Positions 28,474 through 37,965 of a DNA stretch of 64,000 nt are shown here, piece by piece. The notes under the pieces were generated by a model, which was not told where the DNA came from, ran no database searches, and saw only the letters and a program-made list of their open reading frames with translations. How positions within the stretch are numbered: the first letter of the stretch is position 1; every line of letters begins with the position of its first letter. A program made the translations under genes and the position numbers. Origin of the DNA: Myxococcota bacterium (lineage in GTDB: Bacteria; Myxococcota_A; UBA9160; UBA6930); the NCBI GenBank assembly GCA_965223415.1, contig OZ245002.1, positions 5,664,001 through 5,728,000 of the forward strand. Reading direction: 5' to 3'.

Positions 28474-30425
28474 GGCGTGTACCAGATCGGCGAGGTCCAG
28501 GCCCGCTCCTGGATCGTCTTCGGCACGCGCGGGTCGCGACAGCCGTCGGGGCGCTCGGCTTCGGGAAGCGCGAGGCATTGCCAGGTGGACCAGCGGCAGC
28601 TCGGGTTCTCCACGACCCGAGCGTAGTAGACCGCCGCCCGCTCCGCGTCGAAGGCCGGATCGCTCCAGACCGCGCACAGGGCGTCGGCGCCGGCGCCCCG
28701 GGGCGTGCAGCTCGCGAGGTCGACGTCCGCGTCGTTCGGCCCCCCCGCCACGTCCAGGAGCTGCTGGTGAAAGCGGCCGTCGTCGCCCACCCAGCCCTTC
28801 ACGATCTGGATGCGCTGCAGGAGCCCACCCGAGTGCCCGGACACCCCGGCGTCTCGCAGCGCCGAGACGGCGAAGACCGGGCCCGCCGCGCCCTCTGGCC
28901 GGGGCCCGAGCGTGCCGCCCATCGGCACGGCCTGGTCGTAGCCCATGGCCACCGCGTCGGAGCGCGCGCACCAGTCCGAGGGAAGCTCCCAGCCGCCGAA
29001 GAAGCGCGGCGCGATGCGCGGGCCGCTGGTGGCGAAGGCCTCCCGCCGCCGCATGGCGTCGAAGATCGACTCGCGGGTGTTCTCCTCCGCCCACACCGCC
29101 GCGAGGCCCCCCGGATTCCAGCCGATCCGCGGACGCTTCTCGTCGCCCATGGTGAGCCGGCCCACCGGCTCGGAGATGAACTTGCCCTGGAAGGCGTACT
29201 CGGCGACGGCGCCGGGCGTTCCGCGGTGGGTATCGGTGCTGCCGATGAAGCCGAATCGCAGGGGGTTCACGCCGATCCGCGCCTCCTCGCGCAGACCCTC
29301 GACGAGGGCGTAGCGCACGTGGTCCATTCGCGAGATGCAGCCCCGCGCGGCTTGCGCACCGGAGCCCGTGCCTTCTCCGCAGTCCTCGTGGGCGTACCCG
29401 GTGAGATCGCGGATCTTCTCGAAGCCGCAGAGCTCGTCGGGCCCGCCCGTCACCTCGAACATGCCGTTGCGGCACTCGCTCTCGCCCTTGATCTGCATCA
29501 TCTCGACGATGGGCTCGAGGCGCGCGCGGAGGGCGGCCTGGACCTTCTGCTCCTCCAACGGGAGCTCCCGGTAGGCGACGCTCAGCCCCTGGCCGTTCGA
29601 CAGGTTCGGGTTGTGGGGGATGGCGATCGCGTCGCAGCCGGTCCCGGTCTCGAGGCAGTGGTCGCGCAGCTTGGCCCGCAGCTCGGGCTCCGTGGGCGTA
29701 TCGAGCCAGGAGAAGGGGATCTCGGACACCGACGCGCTGCGCAGGATCACGTTGCGGTGGATCTTGGTGCGGTCCGGCGACCGGCTGTACTCCCAGGCGT
29801 GGAAGGTCGTGAAGGCGCAGCGGCTGGTGCGGTCGTAGTGACGCTCGGCGGAGGCCTGCAGCTCCCGCCACACCGCAAGGAGGGTCTCCCGACAGCGGCT
29901 GCCGTCCTCGCCGCACACCTCGTCCGGCCGACCGGAGAGCCCGACGACGCCCGCGAGCTTGGCGGCGAAGCCCTGCAGCCGTAGCGCCCTGGCGAGTAAG
30001 CTCCGCTTCTCGCCGCGATAGATCTGGCATGCGCGGGTCGCGTAGGCCTCGGGCGAGAGCTCCGGACGGGTGCACAGGGCGACCTCCGAGAGCCACTCGG
30101 CATGGTCGGTCACCGCGGCGAAATCGAGGGGCCGGTCGATCTGGCCGGCAGGGATCGCCTCGCCCCGGGCGTAGCGGTAGGCCTCGTCCGGCGTGGTGAC
30201 CGTGCCGAGCGCCCGCGCGTCCATCGAGAAGCCCGTGTGGACGTGGAGATCGCCGTAGAGGGGGCGCCGCATGGGGTCGCGCTGGGCGCAGGTCTCCCGA
30301 GGCGGCTCGGCTGTGGCGGAGGCCGGGCCGCCGGGCGGCACCCACTCCTGTCCGGACGGGTCCAGGCCGCAAGCGAGCGACGCGAGCACTGCGATCGGAA
30401 CCAGGGAGCGGGTGAGCATGGGCAC
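28470..30425 (-). CDS. DUF3604 family (PHP-fold) lipoprotein
   Basis: YGDLHVHTGFSMDA, LDFAAVTDHAE, IHRNVI, IPHNPNLSNG, GSTDTH, ERAWTSPIWYTP; lipobox LAC. Confidence 0.9.
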   Translation of the reverse strand: MPMLTRSLVPIAVLASLACGLDPSGQEWVPPGGPASATAEPPRETCAQRDPMRRPLYGDLHVHTGFSMDARALGTVTTPDEAYRYARGEAIPAGQIDRPLDFAAVTDHAEWLSEVALCTRPELSPEAYATRACQIYRGEKRSLLARALRLQGFAAKLAGVVGLSGRPDEVCGEDGSRCRETLLAVWRELQASAERHYDRTSRCAFTTFHAWEYSRSPDRTKIHRNVILRSASVSEIPFSWLDTPTEPELRAKLRDHCLETGTGCDAIAIPHNPNLSNGQGLSVAYRELPLEEQKVQAALRARLEPIVEMMQIKGESECRNGMFEVTGGPDELCGFEKIRDLTGYAHEDCGEGTGSGAQAARGCISRMDHVRYALVEGLREEARIGVNPLRFGFIGSTDTHRGTPGAVAEYAFQGKFISEPVGRLTMGDEKRPRIGWNPGGLAAVWAEENTRESIFDAMRRREAFATSGPRIAPRFFGGWELPSDWCARSDAVAMGYDQAVPMGGTLGPRPEGAAGPVFAVSALRDAGVSGHSGGLLQRIQIVKGWVGDDGRFHQQLLDVAGGPNDADVDLASCTPRGAGADALCAVWSDPAFDAERAAVYYARVVENPSCRWSTWQCLALPEAERPDGCRDPRVPKTIQERAWTSPIWYTP

Positions 30426-30438
30426 CTCCGGGCAGACA

Positions 30439-31662
30439 CTAGGGCGCCCAGCGCCGCGTCGCGTGGGCCCGTCGCGCCGCGATCTCCGCCCGGCGCTGCT
30501 CGCGCGTCACGGTCGGGGTGTCGGGCGGGAGCGCGGCCCGCAGCTCGGCGACGGGCACGAGGCGCGCCTCGGGCTTGGGTGCGTTCTTCGATTGCTGGTA
30601 GCGGTAGAGGATCGCGCCTTCCGGGTGGCTGGCCGGGTCGAGCCAGTTCGGCACGCCCGGGTCTTCCCGGGCCACGACGATGCGGTAGCGCCCGTCGCTG
30701 CTCGCCACCGCCTGGTGGCCGTTCAGGCTGCCGGTGCGGTTCACGTAGTCGAGGGACTCCCACCAGAAGTTGCCGAGCTGGAAGCTCCAGAGGAGGGCGT
30801 CCGGTGCGTCGAGCTCGATCAGGAGCGCCTCGTCCCGGGAGATCTGGAACCAGCCCTGGCCGTAGACGTTGTCCTTGAGGCCCTGCTCCGTGGCCTCGGG
30901 CGGTCCGCGGAAGTCGTTCACGACCCAGGAGCGCACGCGGCCGCTCCGCTGGAGCCACATCGGGGCGCGGTGGGCGAAGCCGTCGGCCATGCGCTCGAGG
31001 CGACCGGCCAGATCCGGGGCAGGGGGCGCGGCGGGAACGTCGAGCCGCTCGAGGAAGAGCTCCGACGGCGTCTCGTTCTCCCAGTCAGCGAAGTACTCCC
31101 GAACGAACAGGTCCGTGGCCTCCGGATCGGTGGGGAGCCAGGTGCCCGACCAGCCTTCCGGCCGTTCGGCCGAGATGCGCAGGTCGATGCGCCCGTCGGG
31201 AGCCGCCTGCCAACCGTCTCCCGAGAGCGAGGCGAAGGGCCGGTATTCCGGATCCATCGTGAAGGTCTGGAGCGCGATCAGCGTCGCGCTGCCGAGCCGC
31301 CCGTGAAGACGGTAGACGCCGTCGCCCCGGATGCGCGCGGTCAGGTACTTGGCGTCGGCGCCGTCGAGGCCCCACTTGTCGATCGTGCTGGCACCGAGGC
31401 GCAGCAGCGGGAAGCTCGCGTCCTCGGCCACGAGCACGTCCTGAACGCTGTGGGCGACCTGCTGGGCCAGGTAGCCGAGCGCCTCCTGCCGATCGATGGC
31501 GTGGGGCTGCGGGTAGTCCTTCAGAATCTCCACGCCGGTGGCCTTCAGTCGGTCGCAGTAGGCCTCCCAGGCGGCGATCTCCGCGTCGCTCGCAGGCGGG
31601 GGTGCACACCCGATCATCGCGACGACGGCAGCGAAGCGGGCGAATCGGACGAGGGGGGACAT
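30439..31662 (-). CDS. DUF1214-domain lipoprotein
   Basis: KWGLDGADAKY, VREYFADW, WSFQLGNFWWESLDY, DPGVPNWLD. Confidence 0.8.
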   Translation of the reverse strand: MSPLVRFARFAAVVAMIGCAPPPASDAEIAAWEAYCDRLKATGVEILKDYPQPHAIDRQEALGYLAQQVAHSVQDVLVAEDASFPLLRLGASTIDKWGLDGADAKYLTARIRGDGVYRLHGRLGSATLIALQTFTMDPEYRPFASLSGDGWQAAPDGRIDLRISAERPEGWSGTWLPTDPEATDLFVREYFADWENETPSELFLERLDVPAAPPAPDLAGRLERMADGFAHRAPMWLQRSGRVRSWVVNDFRGPPEATEQGLKDNVYGQGWFQISRDEALLIELDAPDALLWSFQLGNFWWESLDYVNRTGSLNGHQAVASSDGRYRIVVAREDPGVPNWLDPASHPEGAILYRYQQSKNAPKPEARLVPVAELRAALPPDTPTVTREQRRAEIAARRAHATRRWAP

Positions 31663-31701
31663 GGCGACACCTCCAGCCCGATGGGTAGCATCCGCCCGCT
31701 C

Positions 31702-33120
31702 ATGACGAACCTGTTCGAGACCCTGCGGGAGGGCTCCGCCGACGACCCCGCGCGGCCCTTCCTCGCGCCGCCCGGCGAGGGCGCGCTGAGCTATGCGGAG
31801 GTGGACGAGCGGTCGGCCCGGATCGCCGGCGGCCTACGCGCCGCGAGGGTCGCCTGCGGCGACCGGGTGCTGGCCCAGGTTCCGAAGTCGCCGGACGCCG
31901 TCGCTCTCTATCTCGCGTGCCTGCGGATCGGCGCCGTCTACGTCCCGCTGAACGTGGCCTACACCGCAGAGGAGGTCGCGTTCTACCGGGAGGACGCGAC
32001 GCCGTCCCTGATCGTCGACGGCGAGGAGGCGCTCGCGTCCCTCGGCGGCGGCCCCCCCGACGAAGAGGTGGTCGCCCGCGGGCCCGATGACGTCGCGGCG
32101 ATGCTCTACACCTCGGGCACCACCGGCCGGCCCAAGGGCGCCATGCTCACCCACCGCAACCTGGCGTCGAACGCGCTGACGCTGAACCGGCTGTGGGGCT
32201 TTCGGCGGGAAGACGTGCTGCTGCACGCCCTCCCCGTCTTCCACGTGCACGGCCTGTTCGTAGCGCTCCACTGCGCGATGCTGTCGGGGGCAGAGGTCCT
32301 CTTCCTGCCGCGCTTCGACGTCGGCGCGGTGCGCCGCGCCTTGCCGGAGGCAACGGTGATGATGGGGGTACCGACCTTCTACAGCCGCCTGCTGGCGGAT
32401 CCTGACTTCGGCCGGCCGGACTGCGAACGCATGCGCCTGTTCGTCTCCGGCTCGGCGCCGCTCTCGGAGACGGTCTTCCGGGCCTTCACCGAGCGCACCG
32501 GCTTCGTCATCCTCGAGCGCTATGGGATGACCGAGGCGGGCATGATCACGTCGAACCCCCTCGACGGGGAACGCACGGAGGGCACCGTGGGCTTCGCGCT
32601 CCCCGGCGTGGACGTTCGCGTCGTCGACGAGGCGGGCGCGGCCCTGGGGCCGGATCAGGTCGGCGCAGTCGAAGCCCGCGGCCCGAACCTCTTCGCCGGC
32701 TACTGGGGCCTCCCGGACAAGACCGCCGCCGAGCTCCGGGACGACGGCTACTTCCGGACCGGCGACGTGGGCAGCCTCGACGCGGAGGGGCGTCTACGGC
32801 TCGCGGGCCGGGCCAGCGACATGATCATCTCCGGGGGGCTGAACGTGTATCCGAAAGAGATCGAGCTGTGCCTGGACGAGGCCCCGGGCATCGAGGAGTC
32901 GGCGGTGGTCGGGCTCCCGGACCCGGATCTCGGCGAGCAGGTCGTGGCGTTCGTCGTCGCGTCCACGGGCGCGACGGTCGCGGAGGCGGACGTGAAGCGC
33001 GCCGTGGAGGGGAGGCTGGCGCGCTTCAAGCACCCGAAGCGGGTCTTCGTCGTCGACGCCCTGCCCCGCAATGCGATGGGCAAGGTCCAGAAGGCGGAGC
33101 TCCGATCTAGCGGCCGGTGA
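31702..33120 (+). CDS. matB: Malonyl-CoA synthetase-like AMP-forming acyl-CoA ligase
   Basis: YTSGTTGRPKGAML, LLHALPVFHVHGLFVA, ILERYGMTE, PRNAMGKVQK. Confidence 0.8.
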   Translation: MTNLFETLREGSADDPARPFLAPPGEGALSYAEVDERSARIAGGLRAARVACGDRVLAQVPKSPDAVALYLACLRIGAVYVPLNVAYTAEEVAFYREDATPSLIVDGEEALASLGGGPPDEEVVARGPDDVAAMLYTSGTTGRPKGAMLTHRNLASNALTLNRLWGFRREDVLLHALPVFHVHGLFVALHCAMLSGAEVLFLPRFDVGAVRRALPEATVMMGVPTFYSRLLADPDFGRPDCERMRLFVSGSAPLSETVFRAFTERTGFVILERYGMTEAGMITSNPLDGERTEGTVGFALPGVDVRVVDEAGAALGPDQVGAVEARGPNLFAGYWGLPDKTAAELRDDGYFRTGDVGSLDAEGRLRLAGRASDMIISGGLNVYPKEIELCLDEAPGIEESAVVGLPDPDLGEQVVAFVVASTGATVAEADVKRAVEGRLARFKHPKRVFVVDALPRNAMGKVQKAELRSSGR

Positions 33121-33913
33121 AGACCGGCGTCCGCTTCTCCTTGAAGGCCCGCGGGCCCTCCCGCGCGTCCTGGCTGGCCATCACCTTGCCGGCCTCCCGC
33201 ATCTCTACGCCGAAGGCGTCGTCCCAGGGAAGGGTGTGGGACTCGAGGGCGGTCTGCTTGATCGCGCGCAGGGCGAGGGGCGCGTTGCCGGCGATGACCT
33301 GGGCCACCTCCTCCGCCCGCTCCCGGAGGCGACCTGCGGGAACCACCTCGCTGACGAGGCCCATCGCCAGGGCCTCCCGGGCCGAGACGGGCTGGGCGGT
33401 GAGCATCAGCTTCATGGCGTGGGCATAGGGGATCTGGCGGGCGAGCCGGACCATGGTGCCGGCGCCGGGCACCACCCCCGAGCGCGGCTCCGGCACGCCG
33501 AAGCTGGCGTGCTCGGCGGCGATGCGGACGTCGGTGGCGAGGGTGATCTCGCAGCCGCCGCCGAGGGCGCGCCCGTTGATGGCGCCGACCACGGGCTTGG
33601 GGAAGATCGCGTCCTTCAGCATGACGCGGCCCACGATCCCCGCGTCCTGCTGGATGCGGCGCTCGGTCTCGTTCTGGGGCTCGCGGGCGCCGGTCCAGAG
33701 GGGAATCACCGCACCGAGGTCGCCGCCGCAGCAGAAGTCCTCGTCGCCGGCGGCGGTCAGCACCGCCACGCGCACCTCGTCGTCCTCCCGCACCGCCGTC
33801 CAGGCGTCGAGGAGGCCGATGAACATGTCGCCGTTCAGCAGGTTCTTCGCCTCTGGCCGGTTCATCGTCACCCAGGCCACGTGACCGCGCTTCTCGTACA
33901 GGACCGCCGGCAT
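33107..33913 (-). CDS. Enoyl-CoA hydratase/isomerase (crotonase)
   Basis: MPAVLYEKRGHVAWVTMNRPEAKN, FCCGGDL, GRALGGGCE, EGPRAFKEKR; GAGGAGG RBS. Confidence 0.92.
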   Translation of the reverse strand: MPAVLYEKRGHVAWVTMNRPEAKNLLNGDMFIGLLDAWTAVREDDEVRVAVLTAAGDEDFCCGGDLGAVIPLWTGAREPQNETERRIQQDAGIVGRVMLKDAIFPKPVVGAINGRALGGGCEITLATDVRIAAEHASFGVPEPRSGVVPGAGTMVRLARQIPYAHAMKLMLTAQPVSAREALAMGLVSEVVPAGRLRERAEEVAQVIAGNAPLALRAIKQTALESHTLPWDDAFGVEMREAGKVMASQDAREGPRAFKEKRTPVFTGR

Positions 33914-33956
33914 CCGGACACCTCCTCTTGAGGGAGGGGATGGTATCGTCTGGGGC

Positions 33957-34373
33957 ATGCCGATCGACAAGGGTGTCCAGGAGCTGATCGCGGAGGCCAA
34001 CGCACGGATCGAGACCATCGCACCGGAAGACGCCAAGCTGCTCCTCGGCGACGAGCGGGTGCAGCTCGTCGACCTGCGCGACATCCGCGAGCGCCAACGG
34101 GACGGCTTCATCCCCGGCGCCTACCACGCGCCGCGCGGCATGCTCGAGTTCTGGGTCGACCCGGAGAGCCCGTACCACAAGAAGGTCTTCGACGAGCCGA
34201 AGAAGTTCGTCTTCTACTGCGCCAGCGGTTGGCGCTCGGCCTTGGCCACCCGCGCCGTGCAGGAGATGGGCCTCTCCCCGGTCGCCCATGTGGGCGGCGG
34301 GTTCAGCGGCTGGGTCGAGGTGGGCGGCGAGGTGATGAAGACCGAGGACGGGCGGGAGCCGCGCAGGCCCTAG
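33957..34373 (+). CDS. Single-domain rhodanese-like sulfurtransferase
   Basis: LVDLRD, GFIPGA, YCASGWRS, GGFSGW. Confidence 0.92.
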   Translation: MPIDKGVQELIAEANARIETIAPEDAKLLLGDERVQLVDLRDIRERQRDGFIPGAYHAPRGMLEFWVDPESPYHKKVFDEPKKFVFYCASGWRSALATRAVQEMGLSPVAHVGGGFSGWVEVGGEVMKTEDGREPRRP

Positions 34374-34708
34374 AGGACGTCGGCGAAGACGTCCTCGTTG
34401 AAGCCCACCAGCACGGTCTTGCCCTTGCGGAGGGTCGGCGCCCGCAGGTTGCCCGTGGGCCCGAGCATGGCATCCACGCAGGCCTTCGGCGCCTTACCGC
34501 CGGTCTGGAAGGTCTCGACCTTCTTCCCCTTGGCGACGATCACCTTGCTCGCTCCCTTGGCCAGGGCGGTCGCGTCCTTCCGCGACAGCTTCCGCGAAGC
34601 CGGGACCGTCTCACGAACCTCGATGCCCTCCGCGTCCAGGAACTTGGACGCCCGCGTGCACGAAGTTCAGCCCTTCCGGTGGTAGTACCAGTCGATGCGC
34701 TTGGCCAT
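34370..34708 (-). CDS. ArsC-like thioredoxin-fold probable selenoprotein (U-T-S-C), 112 aa via UGA recoding
   Basis: MAKRIDWYYHRKG-TGA(34667-34669)-TSCTRASKFL...MLGPTGNLRAPTLRKGKTVLVGFNEDVFADVL-TAG; the frame stays open with normal codon usage after the TGA. Confidence 0.85.
34632..34651 (-). promoter_or_regulatory. Candidate bacterial SECIS hairpin
   Basis: mRNA GCGUCCA-AGUUCC-UGGACGC: perfect 7-bp stem, G at loop position 2, loop starts 22 nt after the UGA. Confidence 0.65.
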
Positions 34709-34740
34709 GCCGAGGATGTAGCCCTGCCGACCCCAGGAAC

Positions 34741-34806
34741 GCAAGATCGGGGACGTTCCTTGCATCTTGCACTCTTCCCGAAGTGCAAGATGCAAGGAAC
34801 GTCCCC
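34741..34806. repeat. Intergenic inverted repeat (REP-like), 25-bp perfect arms with a GGGGACGTTCCTT core
   Basis: GGGGACGTTCCTTGCATCTTGCACT (34749-34773), 8-nt loop, exact reverse complement (34782-34806); an extra GCAAGAT at 34741 makes the left unit self-complementary. Confidence 0.9.
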
Positions 34807-34818
34807 ATTCCGCGCTCT

Positions 34819-35310
34819 CTAGCGGGGGGCGGCGAGGAGCTGGGGCTGGCCGGCGACGTCGGTCACGCGGCCGAGGAAGACGCCGGCGGCGTCGTAGGCC
34901 AGGACGCCGTCGCGGGCCTGGACCAGGCGCAGGCGGTGAAGCTCGCCGGCCGCGTCGCGGAGCTCGAGGCCGAGGACGCCGGGCTCGAGGACGGTGACGC
35001 GCAGCTCCTCTCCGGCGGGGCCGGTGGCGACGTGGGTCGTGCCGGGCACCATGGCGAAGGGATTGCGCCCGCCCCAGAACTCGATCGCGTTGCCGAAGAG
35101 CCCGTCGACCACGAGGCCGGCCGCGTACACCGGGAAGAGGGCCATGCCGGCGAACACGGCCCATCGCACCCAGCGGTCTGCGCTCACCTCGCGGTTGAAC
35201 TGGTAGAGCTTTCGCGTGAGCTGGAAGCTCCCGAAGCACGCCATCGAGCTGAGCGGAACGAAGGTCATGAGGACGGCACTGGCCAGCGCCTTCCGGGTCC
35301 GTTGGTTCAT
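34819..35310 (-). CDS. DUF3332 family lipoprotein-like protein
   Basis: ACFGSFQLTRKLYQFN, D.LFGNAIEFWGG.NP motif. Confidence 0.8.
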   Translation of the reverse strand: MNQRTRKALASAVLMTFVPLSSMACFGSFQLTRKLYQFNREVSADRWVRWAVFAGMALFPVYAAGLVVDGLFGNAIEFWGGRNPFAMVPGTTHVATGPAGEELRVTVLEPGVLGLELRDAAGELHRLRLVQARDGVLAYDAAGVFLGRVTDVAGQPQLLAAPR

Positions 35311-35394
35311 GGGTCACCCTCCCTGGCAGGGGAGCGTATCACCCCGGTCGGCGCGGGGAACGCGTTAACGTCCTTCGAAGAGAGGAAGAGCGCC

Positions 35395-37239
35395 ATGAAG
35401 GCCGCGCGCGTGCTCGCCGTCACACTCGTACTCGCTACGCCTGCGGGCGCCGCTGACCTCGAGACCTTCCTCGACGGCCTCGTCCCGGGACTGCTGAAGG
35501 CCCACCAGGCCCCGGGCGCCGTGATCGCGGTGGTCGAGGGCGAGAAGATCCGCCTCGCCAAGGGCTGGGGCCTGGCCCAGATCGAGGCGATGCGACCCAT
35601 GACGCCGACGACCCGCGTGCGCGTCGCGTCGATCTCCAAGCTCTTCACGGCCACGGCCGCGCTCCAGCTGGTCGAGCGGGGCAAGCTCGAGCTGCACACC
35701 GACGTCCACGAGCTGCTCGACTTCGATCTCGGCTCCCCCTACGACGCACCCATCACCCTCCACCACCTGCTCACCCACACCGCAGGCTTCGACGACCGCT
35801 TCCTCGGCACCGCCGTGCCCCACGGCCAGCCCGTCATGCCCCTCGGCGACTACCTGCGAGCCCACATGCCGCCGGTCGTGATGCGCCCGGGCCACACGCT
35901 CAGCTACTCGAACCACGGCCTCGCCCTGGTCGCGCGCCTGGTCGAGCTGGCATCGGGCGAGCCCTTCGAGGCCTACGTGTCCGAGCACGTGCTCCGCCCC
36001 CTCGGAATGCACGCCAGCAGCTTCGGCGTGCCGCATCCGGTGCGCGACGACCAGGCCCTACCCTACCGGTGGGCGGGCGGACGCTTCGAGCCGCTGTGGA
36101 TCGACCGCCTGAACGACGGGCCCGCCGGCGACCTGAACACCACCGCCCGCGATATCGCGAACTTCGCGATCGCCCACCTGAACGACGGGCGCTTCGGCGA
36201 GTCGCACCTGCTCGCGCCGGAGACCGTCGCCCTCATGCAGCGCCGCCAGTTCGGCCACGATCCCCGGCTGCCCGGCTGGGCCTACGGCTGGTCGGAGGTC
36301 CCCCTCGCGGGCCGGCGCGGCATCGGTCACGGCGGCTGGGTGCTGGGCTTCCACAGCCGCCTGTGGCTGCTGCCGGAGCAGCGCCGCGCGGTCTTCGTTT
36401 CGGTGAACGCCGAGCTCTCGGGAGCGTTCTTCGAGGACCTGATGGGCGCGTGGATGGAGTGGGAAGGCGCCCCGCCGTCGACCGAGGCGGAGCCGCGGCC
36501 CGAGCTCGCCTCCGCCGGCGACGCCTGGGTAGGCGCCTATCTCCCCAATCGGCGTGCGCGCAGGACGTTCATGCGGACCCTCGGCCTCGGGCAGTACGTC
36601 CGCGTGGCACCGGAGAGCGAGGGCGTGCTGCAGATCTCGGGTCCACTCGCTCCCACGCGACGGCTCGTCCTCGAGGCCCCAGACCTGGCGCGCATCGAGG
36701 GCACCGACCGCCGCGCCGTCCTCCGCGAGCACCCCGAGGACGGCCGCCCCCAGCTCGTCCTGGGCGCCAGCGCCTACGATCGCGCCCGCGCCCTCGAGGA
36801 CCCGCGCCTGCACATCGCCGTCTGGGCGACCGCCGTCCTCTTCGGCGTGGCCACCCTGGTCGGCTGGCTGCTCGGCAGCCTCGCGCGGCGCGCTTTCGGC
36901 GCGGCCCCGAGCCCCCTCACCCGCAGCGCACGGCTTGGCGGCGCCGCCGCGGCGGCCCTGCTCGTGGCGATTCCGGTCGGCCTGCTCACCTACGCCCACG
37001 ACGTACCGACGGTCTTCGCCCTCTGGATGGGCGTGCCCGCCGGCCTCCGGCTGGTGCTCTGGCTGCCCCTCGCCCTCGCCGTCCTGTGCGTCCTGCTGCC
37101 CGTGTGGCTCCGGCGCGGCCTGCGCCCGGGCCCGCCGGCCGCGCTTCCGCGCCTCCACTATGGCCTGCTCGTAGCGCTCGGCTGGGCGCTCTTCGCGAGC
37201 GCCTGGCTGCATCGCCTGCGCGGCCCCTGGTCGGGGTAG
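35395..37239 (+). CDS. Serine hydrolase (beta-lactamase class C-like) with C-terminal TM anchors
   Basis: Signal peptide; SISK, LLTHTAG, YSN, HGG; three C-terminal hydrophobic segments. Confidence 0.9.
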   Translation: MKAARVLAVTLVLATPAGAADLETFLDGLVPGLLKAHQAPGAVIAVVEGEKIRLAKGWGLAQIEAMRPMTPTTRVRVASISKLFTATAALQLVERGKLELHTDVHELLDFDLGSPYDAPITLHHLLTHTAGFDDRFLGTAVPHGQPVMPLGDYLRAHMPPVVMRPGHTLSYSNHGLALVARLVELASGEPFEAYVSEHVLRPLGMHASSFGVPHPVRDDQALPYRWAGGRFEPLWIDRLNDGPAGDLNTTARDIANFAIAHLNDGRFGESHLLAPETVALMQRRQFGHDPRLPGWAYGWSEVPLAGRRGIGHGGWVLGFHSRLWLLPEQRRAVFVSVNAELSGAFFEDLMGAWMEWEGAPPSTEAEPRPELASAGDAWVGAYLPNRRARRTFMRTLGLGQYVRVAPESEGVLQISGPLAPTRRLVLEAPDLARIEGTDRRAVLREHPEDGRPQLVLGASAYDRARALEDPRLHIAVWATAVLFGVATLVGWLLGSLARRAFGAAPSPLTRSARLGGAAAAALLVAIPVGLLTYAHDVPTVFALWMGVPAGLRLVLWLPLALAVLCVLLPVWLRRGLRPGPPAALPRLHYGLLVALGWALFASAWLHRLRGPWSG

Positions 37240-37248
37240 CATCGCCGC

Positions 37249-37944
37249 ATGGAGAGCCTGGAGACGATCCACGCCCGCGCGGCGAAGCGACACGGCGGCC
37301 CCAGGGCTCTCGAGGCCCGGCTCCCGAAGCCGAAGAGCCGGGCCGCGCTGCGTCGGGTGCAGGACGACCGGCTCCTCGCCGAGCTGACGAAGAGCGTCTT
37401 CCAGGCCGGCTTCGTCTGGAAGGTGATCGAGGCCAAGTGGCCCGGCTTCGAGGAGGCCTTCCGCGGCTTCGAGCCGAAGAAGGTGGCGCGCCTCTCCGAG
37501 GCCCAGCTCGCGAAGCTCCAGCGCGACGAGCGGATCGTCCGCAACCCGGTGAAGATCCGCGCCACGCGAGACAACGCGAGCTGGCTCGTCTCGCTGGCGA
37601 AGGAGCACGGCAGCGCGGCGCGCTGGCTGGCGGACTGGCCCGAGGACGACGTGATCGTCGGCCTGTGGGACGAGCTCAAGACCGGCGGCAGCCGTCTCGG
37701 CGGCTTCACCGGCCAGTTCTTCCTCCGTCACGTGGGCAAGGACACGCCGATGCTCACCGGCGACGTGCTCGCCGCCCTTCGACGCCATGGCGTCGTCACC
37801 TCGAAGTCGCCCACGTCGAAGAAGGCCCTCGCCGTCATCCAGGACGCCTTCAACACCTGGCGGGACGAGAGCGGACGCAGCTTGTGCGAGATCAGCCGCA
37901 TCCTCGCCTGCAGCGAAGGCGAGGTGCGGGACGGCCCGCACTGA
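37249..37944 (+). CDS. DNA-3-methyladenine glycosylase I (Tag) family protein
   Basis: VFQAGFVWKVIEAKWPGFEEAF, IVRNPVKIRA, GSRLGGFTGQFFLR. Confidence 0.85.
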   Translation: MESLETIHARAAKRHGGPRALEARLPKPKSRAALRRVQDDRLLAELTKSVFQAGFVWKVIEAKWPGFEEAFRGFEPKKVARLSEAQLAKLQRDERIVRNPVKIRATRDNASWLVSLAKEHGSAARWLADWPEDDVIVGLWDELKTGGSRLGGFTGQFFLRHVGKDTPMLTGDVLAALRRHGVVTSKSPTSKKALAVIQDAFNTWRDESGRSLCEISRILACSEGEVRDGPH

Positions 37945-37965
37945 GTCGGATCGGGGAGGCTCGAA

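Noticed and set aside
35395..37239. Antibiotic-resistance beta-lactamase
   Set aside because: SxxK/YxN serine hydrolase with HGG and C-terminal TM helices fits the broad peptidase/esterase group; nothing supports a resistance role.
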